Assembly (NCBI GenBank): GCA_041600715.1
Contig: JBFIJM010000002.1
Coordinates: forward strand, 5,770 to 69,769
Length of the DNA stretch: 64,000 nt
Source: Candidatus Saccharimonadales bacterium
Lineage (GTDB): Bacteria > Patescibacteriota > Saccharimonadia > Saccharimonadales > 2-12-FULL-41-12
Reading direction: 5' to 3'
Below the pieces are notes generated by a model that did not search any database, was not told the origin of the DNA, and saw nothing but the letters and a program-made list of their open reading frames with translations. Within the stretch, counting starts at the first letter, position 1. Every line of letters starts with the position of its first letter. The position numbers and the translations under genes were made by a program. Below, piece after piece: positions 21,701 to 29,797 of this stretch.

Positions 21701-23454
21701 GGGATATTCAGGCGGCAATGATTAATATGCTCTCTGAGTCTGACATAGCGAAAGATTCAGTTCAAGGAAAGAAGTTGATTGCTGACACATTAAAAAATGT
21801 AATGCCAGCTATGGGGTCTATCCTTAAGAGTGAGGTAGGCAAAAAGTCTAATAACCCCGAAATGGAGCAGTACTATGAGGAGTTTAAGGCAGATGGAGCT
21901 AAGACTGGGTGGTATCATGCAAAAGATTCTTCAGGTGTAGCTAAAGATATTCAAAACATAATAGCCCTACAAGAAGCAGGAACCTTCTCGCCAAGGCAAG
22001 CTGCAAAAGCCTGGAAGTCTACAAAGAATTTTGTCGAGGGAGTAAATACTGCTGTTGAGAACGCAGTTAGGCTCTCCACATACGTAAGTGCCAGGAAAAA
22101 TGGAGTAAGCAGGTCTGATGCGGCAGTTCTAGCTAAAGAGCTTACCGTAAACTTTAACAGAAGTGGAGAGTGGGGAACCGTAATGAACTCAATGTACTTA
22201 TTCTTTAACGCATCTGTTCAGGGTACTGCTAGGTTCGCAAAGGCAATGCTTACTCTGAAGAAAACAGTTAATGCTGATGGAGACACAGAGTACGGGCTGA
22301 ACAGGGGTCAGAAATTAGCAGGGGCTATGGTAGCCTTTTCCTCAATGCAAACATTAATAAACCAGGCTATATCTGATGATGATGAGGATGGGGAGTCTTT
22401 CTACAGTAAGATTCCTGACTATGAGAAGGAGAGAAATATGATTATAATGAATCCTAATGGTAGAGACTATTTTAAAATTCCGCTGCCTTATGGGTTCAAC
22501 ATTTTTAGTAACGCAGGAACTATGCTTACCGAGGTGTCAACAGGAGAGAGAGAGGTTGGTGATGGAACTCTATTTATGATAGGATCAATAATAAACTCAT
22601 TTGTTCCAGTTTCATTCTCTAGCAGTAATGATTGGGACAAGAAAGTTGTAAAAGGAGTTACACCGACTGTTATGAAGCCATTCATTGAGCTTGCCGCTAA
22701 TGAAGATTATTTCGGTAGTACAATATATAATGAGAATTTACCTTTCGGTGCTAAGAAACCTCAATCCTCTATAGGAAGGAGGTCAACGTGGAGTGGGTAT
22801 AAAGACTTAGCAGAATTTTTAAATGAAGCTACAGGAGGAAACGAATATGTAAGTGGAAAGATAGATATTAACCCTGATAAAATAGCTCACATCTTCAAGT
22901 TTATGTCTGGTGGTACAGGTAAGTTTGTAGGTAGAACAGTATCTAGTGCTGGGGTTGTTTTCGACAAAGCAAGAGGAATACCTTCTGAGCTTGAGATGAG
23001 AAAGGTTCCTTTCGCTAGGGTTGTATATGGAGAGCCTAGCAAGTATGTGGATCAGACTAGTTATTATGACCGAAGAGATGAGATTGGTCAGATAGCGGAA
23101 GAGTACAAAAACGCAACCTTCCAAGAAAAGAAAGACCCTAAATTTAAGGGGGTCAAGAACCTAGCAAACCTAATAAAGGTTACAGACAAGAAGCTGAAGA
23201 GTTTAAGGGCTAAAACAGACGCAGCTAATAACATGGAAGACCCTATAAAAAGAGCTATGACTCTTAATGATATAGAGAAAAAGGAGAAGACGACATATTC
23301 CAATTTCAATAGAGAGTATAATAAGTATTCTGAGAAAGAGAAAGTTAAGACTGTTTTCGCACCAAAAAGAGGGGGAAAATCATCAGGAGGTGGAAAAACA
23401 AAGTCTTCTGGGTATGGTTCAAGTAAAGATTTTAAATCCTCAAAAGGGTTTTAA
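15763..23454 (+). CDS. giant virion protein (2563 aa), putative ejection/internal (gp16-like or polyvalent) protein
   Basis: 7.7-kb uninterrupted ORF. Has a duplicated N-terminal Y-x-LG-x-FEEFE-x-K motif and about 600 aa of K/E/A/P low complexity (APKKEAPKK). The C-terminal ~1100 aa are of normal composition. Confidence 0.8.
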   Translation: MATDSKTRLLYDAVSKDYDLGTFEEFEAKLQSPDKRQAFFDGVGARYNLGSFEEFESKVKKKEETQPRDFSALAEGIGRGVEARSKAIQEEQKEVPQEAQPFPELSEERDLSTPAAKPSRSMSGLDSPIEEVVEAPGEDLLPTEVALPSESTSVQAPIIPEEQALEGADPLFMGGEMLRKKEEDIVSKRQQKLREETFKRTMNIEGRRGFPIEEGDIPKTQEELDILSGAAKNYEILITSKLEEHVPEDLKLKAAYVEREREIINQIKSGELSKEDSTKARAKLIEINKQLLSSDNNKKLFNPVTGETVDQDKAPVEAIEYDGMVKNLVENKYSDIEDAYQASEKAIHKYDYYDEELDKPSGYLNLTYRDLSDPIKRASLLASNQFVDEQILDKSKLLKERWIDSKANVEAISRAIMVNEDPSQIERGFGGGAGFTESVEKGFMEAIDMGEQVTSTEGDFATRFVGVVRDAGKDKILTKAQVANTEQAFAEKLGYGVGASIPIMAEIAVTTALTEGIATEAVVAKNIKKIKDAFGTSKAGKLFGNTIEQGVKGYASFAPTSETGATGVGEGVAQGVMDTFLPEKLIGGKYGKLLNYIIRTVGGGTGETIQEVSGQYFDALAENGYDARGAFYDAFGRTPEERWENLALIGTTSLMFSGVFNSARLVMTKDALEEEIENGNIPEEDIPAAQEIINTMEEKIDSEEAADTPKVAPVVEEEDVAEEVAPTEEIQGVVDEIKEIDAKLDESKGVMKSIFRSTKKEKELEELYSKRRKLDDRLWKEFGEVATSEDFDEVDRLALELEEGKESGKWSEKEIEQKNKELWDKRYELRDSVLERTIKEKKSEPKAEAPKKKPTKKTKEDAVQERKTEEVPVQPEARVGEAVEPGRKVQEEEVEPVKEKEAEEARGVVEPGEVKDIERRRKDSLHIVTQADLDRGEDVGITEKDGLFRGDYYSSADEYGNVRIASVIGTLKEVQDHLNAEYDAELASLESSEVKGKPKVEAPKKEAPKKETKAPKADLKKVEEVEEPSKAPAKEFTVQEITKAPKKIEGKSAYEFEDTEGKRYIVGITRGNKKVWVVSSNEDGSLPDPGTHRSAKAAEKWMKDNVGKPLKEAAPKKEVKKPIKPIKISEVSPEPKKPVKVKPTEPTKPAKEQSVEAQEISNELSALKDEHAKLLDEGRKGGANIILSKNLAKKEAEIKKAEKALKTQLTKDAKAAKKTAEAPKKEAPKKDLPQKIEDEVAQIKKDRAAKEIKAKEEREARKEAQKKKAEKKEAPTKSLVDEVNRVESEIESYTADIEDKQNEIKTERENLKDELKTLKDKKDKIKKSKMSKAKKEEALEDVDAEIQDLKDDTADLIEVYKDEVKEAKSEITKLNKEKGKVEAEVSKALEEAKSDSEKVGDLIAEAEKEEKAEKAEVAKKKTLKKPVKDTKESLMEDLSNIDPSEAPFTLFARAKGLGITDDPEFSKAYIEKAKAHSKYSAEQKSKVDEEEDAIYEDIEEGEFGFEEEDFGELFEGEDPSTPEGKDSIKKMLDDLDNDLRDFGEGTLGMNMPVVVARAIVKAMKAAVSTATSILDIINAGIKQMKTTSWYKKASPKNKAAAVANVATNIGVAIDETRQVKIPNPLNKSKPIVMTIPESLDGMIDAFNQRIVDKFYDIRKAQRSVEKRKGSVSDKANFDKAEVLLHGKASNDLKIFEGKVEKLAKDMAKRNVSQQELSDYMYARHAQERNEYIRDNIDPKNHSGSGMTTSEANAILNSLSPEQITNLDALADQVYGFAEDTRNNMVKFGLWSEKNADNLRGLYNNYVPLMGFDADESFGNEYIDLGQALSVKGKEGMRATGRTTKAANVIANIISQHSNSIIRGRKNEAMQSLLFLVKDNKEIGHVIHPKINLDTKKGFNSKGELTDIPIRPEQNKNYVGVKIGGQQFYIKFKNDRMAKVVNAANIEKTNIINKTVGRFNRFLSSTMTSYNPEFVLTNFSRDIQAAMINMLSESDIAKDSVQGKKLIADTLKNVMPAMGSILKSEVGKKSNNPEMEQYYEEFKADGAKTGWYHAKDSSGVAKDIQNIIALQEAGTFSPRQAAKAWKSTKNFVEGVNTAVENAVRLSTYVSARKNGVSRSDAAVLAKELTVNFNRSGEWGTVMNSMYLFFNASVQGTARFAKAMLTLKKTVNADGDTEYGLNRGQKLAGAMVAFSSMQTLINQAISDDDEDGESFYSKIPDYEKERNMIIMNPNGRDYFKIPLPYGFNIFSNAGTMLTEVSTGEREVGDGTLFMIGSIINSFVPVSFSSSNDWDKKVVKGVTPTVMKPFIELAANEDYFGSTIYNENLPFGAKKPQSSIGRRSTWSGYKDLAEFLNEATGGNEYVSGKIDINPDKIAHIFKFMSGGTGKFVGRTVSSAGVVFDKARGIPSELEMRKVPFARVVYGEPSKYVDQTSYYDRRDEIGQIAEEYKNATFQEKKDPKFKGVKNLANLIKVTDKKLKSLRAKTDAANNMEDPIKRAMTLNDIEKKEKTTYSNFNREYNKYSEKEKVKTVFAPKRGGKSSGGGKTKSSGYGSSKDFKSSKGF

Positions 23455-23504
23455 CTAAAAACATAAGAATAATTGTATTATCTTTGAATTAAAATAAAGA
23501 AATT

Positions 23505-23867
23505 ATGGCACTAGAATTAGTAACAAACACAACAGGAAAAAGAAGTGAGCAAGAGTCTCTTGAGATAATAGCTGGAGCTCAAGCAGTAAGGCTTGTTCAG
23601 GCAGGAGAAACATTTGTAGGAAGCATTAAAGCTGTAGTACCGAATGTTGCCTCAACAATCACTGCTATTCTTGCTGATGATGGAAATGGCACAGATGTAG
23701 TTGGAGCAGGAGCAGGAGAGTTAAACATTTCAGCAATGACGCTTGGAGCAGGAGCTTACATCATTCCAAACAGATATAAGATTTCAAAAAGCTTTACATC
23801 TGTGACTTGTGGAGCAGGAAGCCTTTGGGTATACTACAACAACACAATAGATAACATCGGACTATAA
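23505..23867 (+). CDS. hypothetical structural protein
   Basis: 120-aa ORF after a 50-nt gap. Its stop overlaps the next start (TAATG). Confidence 0.6.
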   Translation: MALELVTNTTGKRSEQESLEIIAGAQAVRLVQAGETFVGSIKAVVPNVASTITAILADDGNGTDVVGAGAGELNISAMTLGAGAYIIPNRYKISKSFTSVTCGAGSLWVYYNNTIDNIGL

Positions 23868-24628
23868 TGGGTATTAGAAGACCAAAAATAGGGTTAGGGT
23901 TAGGGATCTCGGGTAGAACTGAGATTGCTCCTTTACCAGTATTTGATCCGCTTACCCTTTCCCCCTATATGTGGAACAGAGCTGATAGCGTCACTAAGGA
24001 TGCTTCGGACTACATTAGTGCGTTTGATGACTTAGCTGGCAATGGAAACTTCTTAAGACAAACCGTAGCCAACGAACAACCTCAACAACAAATAAGTGTA
24101 CCGGGATTCCCGGCAGACATTCCTGGGGCTAAATTTGATGGTATTGATGACGATGTGTTTTCAACTAATGTACTATTATCTGCCCAAACAAAATGGGAGA
24201 TATATACGGTGTGGAGAACTGACCTAGACACGACAGATTTATGGAGGATTAATGCTAGTAATCAATGGAGAGCCTACAGGCAAGCAAATCAACAAAAAGC
24301 TAGAATTAGGAATGGTGTTGGGTCATTTGCAAACTACGTATTATCAAACGCAGTAACACCTGGAAATTTAGTTCTTAGAGATGCCATTACCAATGACGGT
24401 ATTACTGATGGGGTATCACATAGAGATAATTTAGATACAGAGAAATTTGTTCCAGTAGCTGGATTCTTTTCTAATTTCGGAGGGAATATGGATATAGGAA
24501 ACACGGGTGCTGTTGGAACTAGGTTTGATGGATGGTTTATGGAGATGTTATTATTTCACAGACACCTAACCCCTGACGAGAGAAACAACTTAAATAGTTA
24601 CTTCAGTTCAAGATACGCAACATTCTAA
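23867..24628 (+). CDS. LamG/concanavalin-A-like lectin-fold protein
   Basis: 253 aa. FDGIDDDVFS and FDGWFMEMLLFHRHLTPDERNNL resemble the Laminin_G_3 signature ends. Confidence 0.5.
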   Translation: MGIRRPKIGLGLGISGRTEIAPLPVFDPLTLSPYMWNRADSVTKDASDYISAFDDLAGNGNFLRQTVANEQPQQQISVPGFPADIPGAKFDGIDDDVFSTNVLLSAQTKWEIYTVWRTDLDTTDLWRINASNQWRAYRQANQQKARIRNGVGSFANYVLSNAVTPGNLVLRDAITNDGITDGVSHRDNLDTEKFVPVAGFFSNFGGNMDIGNTGAVGTRFDGWFMEMLLFHRHLTPDERNNLNSYFSSRYATF

Positions 24629-24885
24629 TGGCACATATAGCAAACATATACACAAACACCGACCAACCTACGGTTGAAGCTTTAAACACTAGGCTATGGG
24701 ACTTGTTATGCTTAGACCCAACTCATTCATCCACGACTTATTCAATAATTCGTGAGAACGCACCGCTTTACGGCATTGTAATAGATGCTGAGGTTGCAGG
24801 AGATTTAACTCCCGATGAAAACTTAAACGTAATACAGGTTCCATCCGACGATCCGGGGTGGTTCCCAGAAGAGCCGGAGGAATAA
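24628..24885 (+). CDS. hypothetical protein
   Basis: 85-aa ORF with TAATG overlap to the previous gene. Confidence 0.55.
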   Translation: MAHIANIYTNTDQPTVEALNTRLWDLLCLDPTHSSTTYSIIRENAPLYGIVIDAEVAGDLTPDENLNVIQVPSDDPGWFPEEPEE

Positions 24886-24887
24886 AA

Positions 24888-25334
24888 ATGCAAAGACTAA
24901 CTAGCATATCGTCATTTATCACCGAAGATGTATTCGGATGGATTGTTTTCTTAATAGGAGCTCTCCTAGCCTTTGTAGCACCAATAAACAACCTACTACT
25001 CTTTACAGGGTTTGCAATAGTCCTTGATGTGTTTACGGGCGTATGGGCATCAAGAAGCAGGGGGGAAACCTTCAACTCAAAGAAGTTATCAAGATCATGG
25101 GCAAAGATGGTTCTATACCCAGGGGGAATCATATTCTCCTTTTGGGCAGAGAAATTAGCTCCGGAGATACCCTTTGTCAAAGGAGCCACCTACCTACTTA
25201 TCGCAATCGAAGGCAAGAGCCTAGAGGAGAACTTCAGCGACATACTAGGATTCTCAATGATGAAGTACATCAGGGTATTCATAACTAGAGGAAGAAAAGG
25301 ATTACTAGAGGAACTTAACAATAAAGAAAAATGA
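24888..25334 (+). CDS. holin (phage_holin_4_1-like)
   Basis: I prefer the ATG at 24888, 2 nt after the upstream stop, over the ORF-track start at 24858. Has 3-4 TM segments and VLDVFTGVWASRSRGETFNSKKL, a typical holin family 4 core. Lies two genes upstream of the endolysin. Confidence 0.65.
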   Translation: MQRLTSISSFITEDVFGWIVFLIGALLAFVAPINNLLLFTGFAIVLDVFTGVWASRSRGETFNSKKLSRSWAKMVLYPGGIIFSFWAEKLAPEIPFVKGATYLLIAIEGKSLEENFSDILGFSMMKYIRVFITRGRKGLLEELNNKEK

Positions 25335-25636
25335 AAGAAAATCTACTACTGCTAGGGAAAATTGCAGGGGCAGCTATGGCTCTAATATCCATTTGTGCCT
25401 TCTTTGGCAAGCCATTCCTTGAGGATTATGTTCACGAACAGATAGACCTTAAGTTTGAGGCTGTTAAAGCTGAAGCTGAGGCCAATAAGAGGCCAAGTTT
25501 CCGTAGTCTATTAAGCAAGTCAATGAAGGTTGATGAGGATGAGGTTCACGTAAGGATCGGTGATATGTATAAACAGGAGGGAGACATTAAGAAAGAAATC
25601 AAATACTACCACCCATCCACACTACTAGATAACTAA
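25331..25636 (+). CDS. membrane-anchored lysis-cassette protein
   Basis: 101 aa with a single N-terminal TM, lying between holin and endolysin. Confidence 0.55.
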   Translation: MKENLLLLGKIAGAAMALISICAFFGKPFLEDYVHEQIDLKFEAVKAEAEANKRPSFRSLLSKSMKVDEDEVHVRIGDMYKQEGDIKKEIKYYHPSTLLDN

Positions 25637-25638
25637 TT

Positions 25639-26097
25639 ATGAAAATATCAGCACACTTATCATTAAAAGAAGTAATCAAGTCTAACACTGCTACAAGGCA
25701 TGGAATAGATAATACCCCAACAGATGAGCACCTAGCTAATCTTAAAGCGGTAGCAGAGAACGTATTTGAACCCCTTAGAGAATGGCATGGAAAGCCAATA
25801 GGTATCAGCTCTGGATACAGGTCTAAGGCTCTTAATACTGCCATCAAGGGAAGCAAAACCAGTCAGCATTGTTTTGGTCAGGCGCTTGATATTGATGCTG
25901 ATATGTTCAACAATGGTATAACCAATGCTGACATCTTTAATTGGATCAAAGATAACCTTGAGTGGGATCAAATGATATGGGAATTTGGTACAGATGATGA
26001 ACCTAATTGGGTTCACGTATCCTTTGTTACCGACAGACCAAACAGAAAGAAACTAACTAGAGCCTGGAAAGGTGGAAAATACACTAACTACGAATAG
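25639..26097 (+). CDS. endolysin, peptidase M15 (zinc D-Ala-D-Ala / L-Ala-D-Glu peptidase family)
   Basis: SGYRSKALNTAIKGSKTSQHCFGQALDID matches the SGYR...S.H..G.A.D core of Peptidase_M15_3. Confidence 0.8.
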   Translation: MKISAHLSLKEVIKSNTATRHGIDNTPTDEHLANLKAVAENVFEPLREWHGKPIGISSGYRSKALNTAIKGSKTSQHCFGQALDIDADMFNNGITNADIFNWIKDNLEWDQMIWEFGTDDEPNWVHVSFVTDRPNRKKLTRAWKGGKYTNYE

Positions 26098-26098
26098 T

Positions 26099-26347
26099 AT
26101 GGCAAATTTCAAGTTTTTCAAAGACCAATTAAGAGAAGAGACAGAAGGTAAATACTCCTCAAAGAAAGTATGGGGAGCAATTGTTATGGCCTTAGTATCT
26201 ATAAGCTACATCCTTGATGGAATGTCCTTCTATAATATTGACTCAACACTATTCAACTCATTCCTTATTGCCGGAACTACCCTGCTAGGATTAAGAGCTG
26301 TCTCAAAGGTGTTCACTAAAGGAGGCTCAGATGTTAAAGAAAATTAG
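26099..26347 (+). CDS. small membrane protein (second holin/antiholin candidate)
   Basis: The ATG at 26099 follows the endolysin stop by 1 nt; the ORF-track start at 26072 would overlap it. Two TM segments. Confidence 0.5.
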   Translation: MANFKFFKDQLREETEGKYSSKKVWGAIVMALVSISYILDGMSFYNIDSTLFNSFLIAGTTLLGLRAVSKVFTKGGSDVKEN

Positions 26348-26618
26348 AATAGAGCACATCTTTATCGTATTGCTAGTCATCCTGGTGGTGAATAGCTTTA
26401 TCGGTGTATTCAAAGGCAATGGAATGTCGGAAGAGGAGCACCAATACAAGATGAAGATCCATGATCTCATGCAAGAAAGGGATGAAGCCTTAAGCAAGAA
26501 CGATTCGTTACAGAATAAAATCAAAACTTTTAAGAATGAGAAATCTAAAATTGATAGTATTACTGACGGCTATGATGACAATCAGGTTGACAGCTTTTAC
26601 ACAAACTTCTTCAAGTGA
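26331..26618 (+). CDS. i-spanin-like protein
   Basis: 95 aa with an N-terminal TM followed by a charged coiled-coil. Lies downstream of the endolysin. Confidence 0.5.
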   Translation: MLKKIRIEHIFIVLLVILVVNSFIGVFKGNGMSEEEHQYKMKIHDLMQERDEALSKNDSLQNKIKTFKNEKSKIDSITDGYDDNQVDSFYTNFFK

Positions 26619-26907
26619 TAGTGTAAAGTGCTTCACCTATGAGCAAGCCAGACAGATAGCCAAGGCAATCAAGCATGGTGAGATATGCGATAGCATAAGC
26701 CAGAACCAAGCCCTTCAGATATTCAACTTCATAGAGGTTGTCAAGAAGGATAACGCAATCATACTACTCAACAAAGACCGTATTTCGGAGTTAGAGAAAG
26801 ACCTTAAAATAACAAACACTAAACTCAAGATCAGCAAGAAGCTAACAATGTTTGGAATACCTATCGCCTTTGGTGGAGGATTTCTTGTAGGCATCTTGTT
26901 AAAGTGA
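26536..26907 (+). CDS. spanin-like protein with N-terminal signal and C-terminal TM
   Basis: 123 aa, overlapping the previous gene by 83 nt in another frame. Has a signal-like N-terminus and a C-terminal TM (FGIPIAFGGGFLVGILL). No canonical lipobox. Confidence 0.45.
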   Translation: MRNLKLIVLLTAMMTIRLTAFTQTSSSDSVKCFTYEQARQIAKAIKHGEICDSISQNQALQIFNFIEVVKKDNAIILLNKDRISELEKDLKITNTKLKISKKLTMFGIPIAFGGGFLVGILLK

Positions 26908-26961
26908 GGGTATTAATACCTATATTTACAAAAACATTTATAAACCATAAAACTATACAAA

Positions 26962-27423
26962 ATGGCACAATCTTTTGAAGTAACAGAAAAGGTAGTAAAC
27001 GGTAAGACACACCAAACTGCTATCGTAAAATCATATAACACATCTTTCGTAGAAACAGCAACAGCCGTTGACGCTTCTGGAGCTGATGACACCCTAGTAT
27101 TCCTAGCAGGAAGAGCAACTAAAGACCTTAGAAGAGTAGACGAAGACTACGCAGCAGTTGTAGCAGCAATGAACGCAGCTTCAGCAGGATATGACAAATC
27201 AGGAGTTTCCCTTACAGTGAAAGCTGCCCCAGGAGATACAGTAGAAAACACTACTCCATACGCTCAGATGTTTGCTAAGTCTGACGTTGTTGAGTTCTTT
27301 GCTAATCCTAATGACGCAGCTGACTCTTTCGTTATAACTCAAACAGGAGCTAACAACCAAGAGAGATCAGTATGGTTAGTGGATGACCTTTATTCTGCAA
27401 TCAAGACAGATTTCAATCTATAA
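26962..27423 (+). CDS. hypothetical structural protein
   Basis: 153-aa ORF after a 54-nt AT-rich gap. Confidence 0.6.
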   Translation: MAQSFEVTEKVVNGKTHQTAIVKSYNTSFVETATAVDASGADDTLVFLAGRATKDLRRVDEDYAAVVAAMNAASAGYDKSGVSLTVKAAPGDTVENTTPYAQMFAKSDVVEFFANPNDAADSFVITQTGANNQERSVWLVDDLYSAIKTDFNL

Positions 27424-27447
27424 TACCGAACTATTAAATTTCAAATT

Positions 27448-27651
27448 ATGAGCTGGACACATTGTATGCAAGACAAAATAGTAAGCCATTACGGTGAAGC
27501 TGTTAAAAGTTGTACTGACGGAATTACCCATGGAAATTGGGAAGAGATTCTTGAATGTATGGTAACTGTATTAGGAATTGCAGACCCAGAAGTATGGATC
27601 CCTGAGCAAATTGTTTTGTTCGGTGAATGGTCTATTGAGTGCGCTCTTTAA
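27448..27651 (+). CDS. hypothetical protein
   Basis: 67-aa ORF on the same strand, tightly packed. Confidence 0.5.
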   Translation: MSWTHCMQDKIVSHYGEAVKSCTDGITHGNWEEILECMVTVLGIADPEVWIPEQIVLFGEWSIECAL

Positions 27652-27663
27652 AAATAAACAATC

Positions 27664-29493
27664 ATGGCAATATTAGTATCATTAAACGTAGAGAAAAATA
27701 ATTCAGGAACATTAAGTGCTCCTAGAACAACTCTTTACGGAATACCTTTTATTACTTTAGTTAGGGCAAACGGAGCAGGATCAACTCTTATTGTTAAGGG
27801 TTTAAATGGTCCAGAAGAGGTTATTGTATCTCAGTCCTACGCTTCTGTTGACGCTTTAATTAACGCAGGATATTTAGATTTCTCTATTCCTTTAACCGTT
27901 AATTCGGTAGTAGGAATACCTAGAGACACCTACCCATACGCCATATCATTAAGAGCTTCTAATATCGTTGAAGTTTATGCTAACCCACAAAACGCAAGTG
28001 AGTCGGTTGTAACATACAGAGACGAGGAGAGCCCTAATGACAGGCTTTACATTGTAAATGAAGACCTAGCCGCAATATCAGCACTTCTTCCTGTAATAAG
28101 CACAGGAGATGGTAATGGTATCTATACATCGTCAGGATCTTTACCTGCTCCAACCGTAGTCACAATGGCTACTAATAACATGAGATTTGATTCTTCAGGA
28201 CAATCAGGACTGTTTTCTATTGACGCTGTAAATGACAGGGTTGGTATTGGAACAGAATCACCTGGATACTCTCTTCAAGTTGAGTCAGGAGACTTCTTTG
28301 TGAAGTCCGGTGTTGTTGGTATTAACGAATCACCAGATTCCACAACAAACTTAAGAGTAACCTCTGATGGAGGAACTACTACTGCTGTGAGAGCTGACCT
28401 TTCTTATTTAGGAACAGGAACATACAGTGGGTTTACCGCAAGGAGAGTACCTAATTACGCTGGAGCCACAAGTACGGTTTTCGGTGTTAACTCCTTAATG
28501 CAGGGAACTGCTGATGCAGGAGCACACAAGGTTTACGGTGGTAGCTTTAGAGCAGAAAGTGTAGCAGGTGTAGGAACTATTGATAACATTGGGATCAGAG
28601 TTACAGCATTGAATGGTACAACCAACTACGCTCTTCAACTACAAGATGGAACAGAAGGAGCAGGAAAGGTATTAACCTCTGATGCAACAGGAAGAACTCA
28701 ATGGGCAAACCCAGCGGCTTCTGAAACCCTAAGTGCTACACTAACCGCAGGAGACACTACTGCTGACGGTCAAACTTTCAATTCCTTGAATGGTAGTGGG
28801 CAACTAGACTTAAGATACGGTGGAACGAATAATCAGGTAGCCTTATCAAATGATGCTGGAGGATTCTCAAATGAAATACTTTATTTGTCCGACAACTTTG
28901 TTGAACTTTCAAGTTATGGAAGTGCAACTTCAAGCGTAAATTTTTATACGGATAATAACCGTATTGAAATGACCGAAAGCAATGACCAGATTATTCTTCG
29001 TACTGGTGGAAGTGCTGCTGAATTTAAAATATCCCCTATCCATTACGGTGGTGGTGCGAATGGAGTATCAGTTATCGGAACACAATCAACGAACCCAATT
29101 AATGCAATTTCCTTTTATACTGGCAATAATACGGCTGGAGCTATTTCAACAGCAAATCAAGATGTTTATCCGACATTGGTTTCTGCAAGGAACTCAACTG
29201 TTAATACAGGATTAGACAATGTTGCTGTTGTTGGTGCTACAGGAATTACCGCAAAAGTGTCAAACGCTTTATATACGAGTCAGTTGAGGATGCAAGATTC
29301 TATCACGACAAATGATGGGATTTTCACTTCAGGAATATTAACTGCTGATAGAACTTATAGCTTTCCTGATGCAGATATGGACTTCAGCACAGCAATCACC
29401 GAAACATTGAACTTTGGTGGTGGTGGATCAGGAGATGTTGCTACATTAACGATAACCAACGGGATTGTAACAGCAAGAACTTTAGTACCGTAA
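27664..29493 (+). CDS. tail fibre/spike-like protein
   Basis: 609 aa, Gly/Ser/Thr/Asn-rich with beta-rich composition like the fibre genes at 1-4.4 kb. Confidence 0.55.
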   Translation: MAILVSLNVEKNNSGTLSAPRTTLYGIPFITLVRANGAGSTLIVKGLNGPEEVIVSQSYASVDALINAGYLDFSIPLTVNSVVGIPRDTYPYAISLRASNIVEVYANPQNASESVVTYRDEESPNDRLYIVNEDLAAISALLPVISTGDGNGIYTSSGSLPAPTVVTMATNNMRFDSSGQSGLFSIDAVNDRVGIGTESPGYSLQVESGDFFVKSGVVGINESPDSTTNLRVTSDGGTTTAVRADLSYLGTGTYSGFTARRVPNYAGATSTVFGVNSLMQGTADAGAHKVYGGSFRAESVAGVGTIDNIGIRVTALNGTTNYALQLQDGTEGAGKVLTSDATGRTQWANPAASETLSATLTAGDTTADGQTFNSLNGSGQLDLRYGGTNNQVALSNDAGGFSNEILYLSDNFVELSSYGSATSSVNFYTDNNRIEMTESNDQIILRTGGSAAEFKISPIHYGGGANGVSVIGTQSTNPINAISFYTGNNTAGAISTANQDVYPTLVSARNSTVNTGLDNVAVVGATGITAKVSNALYTSQLRMQDSITTNDGIFTSGILTADRTYSFPDADMDFSTAITETLNFGGGGSGDVATLTITNGIVTARTLVP

Positions 29494-29512
29494 CCAATAA
29501 AACCTAATAATT

Positions 29513-29686
29513 ATGACTAAAAAGGCAGAGGAAACACCAGACGTTAAGAAAATTCCATTAATTCGCTTAACGATTGACCAAAAGATTGCAAACTTAAGGG
29601 CGCAACTAGAAGAAGCATCTAAAATTCAGATGCAATGTATAGGAGCGATAGCAGTCTTAGAAGAGATGAAAGCAGAGCAAGAATAA
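29513..29686 (+). CDS. small coiled-coil protein (57 aa, below the ORF-track cut-off)
   Basis: My translation is MTKKAEETPDVKKIPLIRLTIDQKIANLRAQLEEASKIQMQCIGAIAVLEEMKAEQE*. Starts 20 nt after the previous stop and is followed by a terminator. Confidence 0.45.
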   Translation: MTKKAEETPDVKKIPLIRLTIDQKIANLRAQLEEASKIQMQCIGAIAVLEEMKAEQE

Positions 29687-29710
29687 GCAACTTTTTCCCC
29701 TCTATATCCA

Positions 29711-29750
29711 GAAGAAACCTCAGCAGAAATGTTGGGGTTTCTTTGCTTAT
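29711..29750 (+). terminator. intrinsic terminator closing the late block
   Basis: GAAGAAACC (29711-19) pairs with GGTTTCTTT (29736-44), followed by a T-rich tail. Confidence 0.55.
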
Positions 29751-29797
29751 ATCAAACCCAATGTGTAATTTTAAAAAATATTTAAAGATTCACATTA

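Noticed and set aside
7333-23454. The giant proteins as crAss-like/N4-like virion RNA polymerases.
   Set aside because: I found no DxDGD-type or other polymerase catalytic motif by eye in either the 1769-aa or the 2563-aa protein. This needs profile or structure searches before it can be excluded.
25043-25288. 81-aa alternative-frame ORF inside the holin gene.
   Set aside because: It is fully embedded in a gene with a recognisable holin family core, and it shows no motif or start signal.
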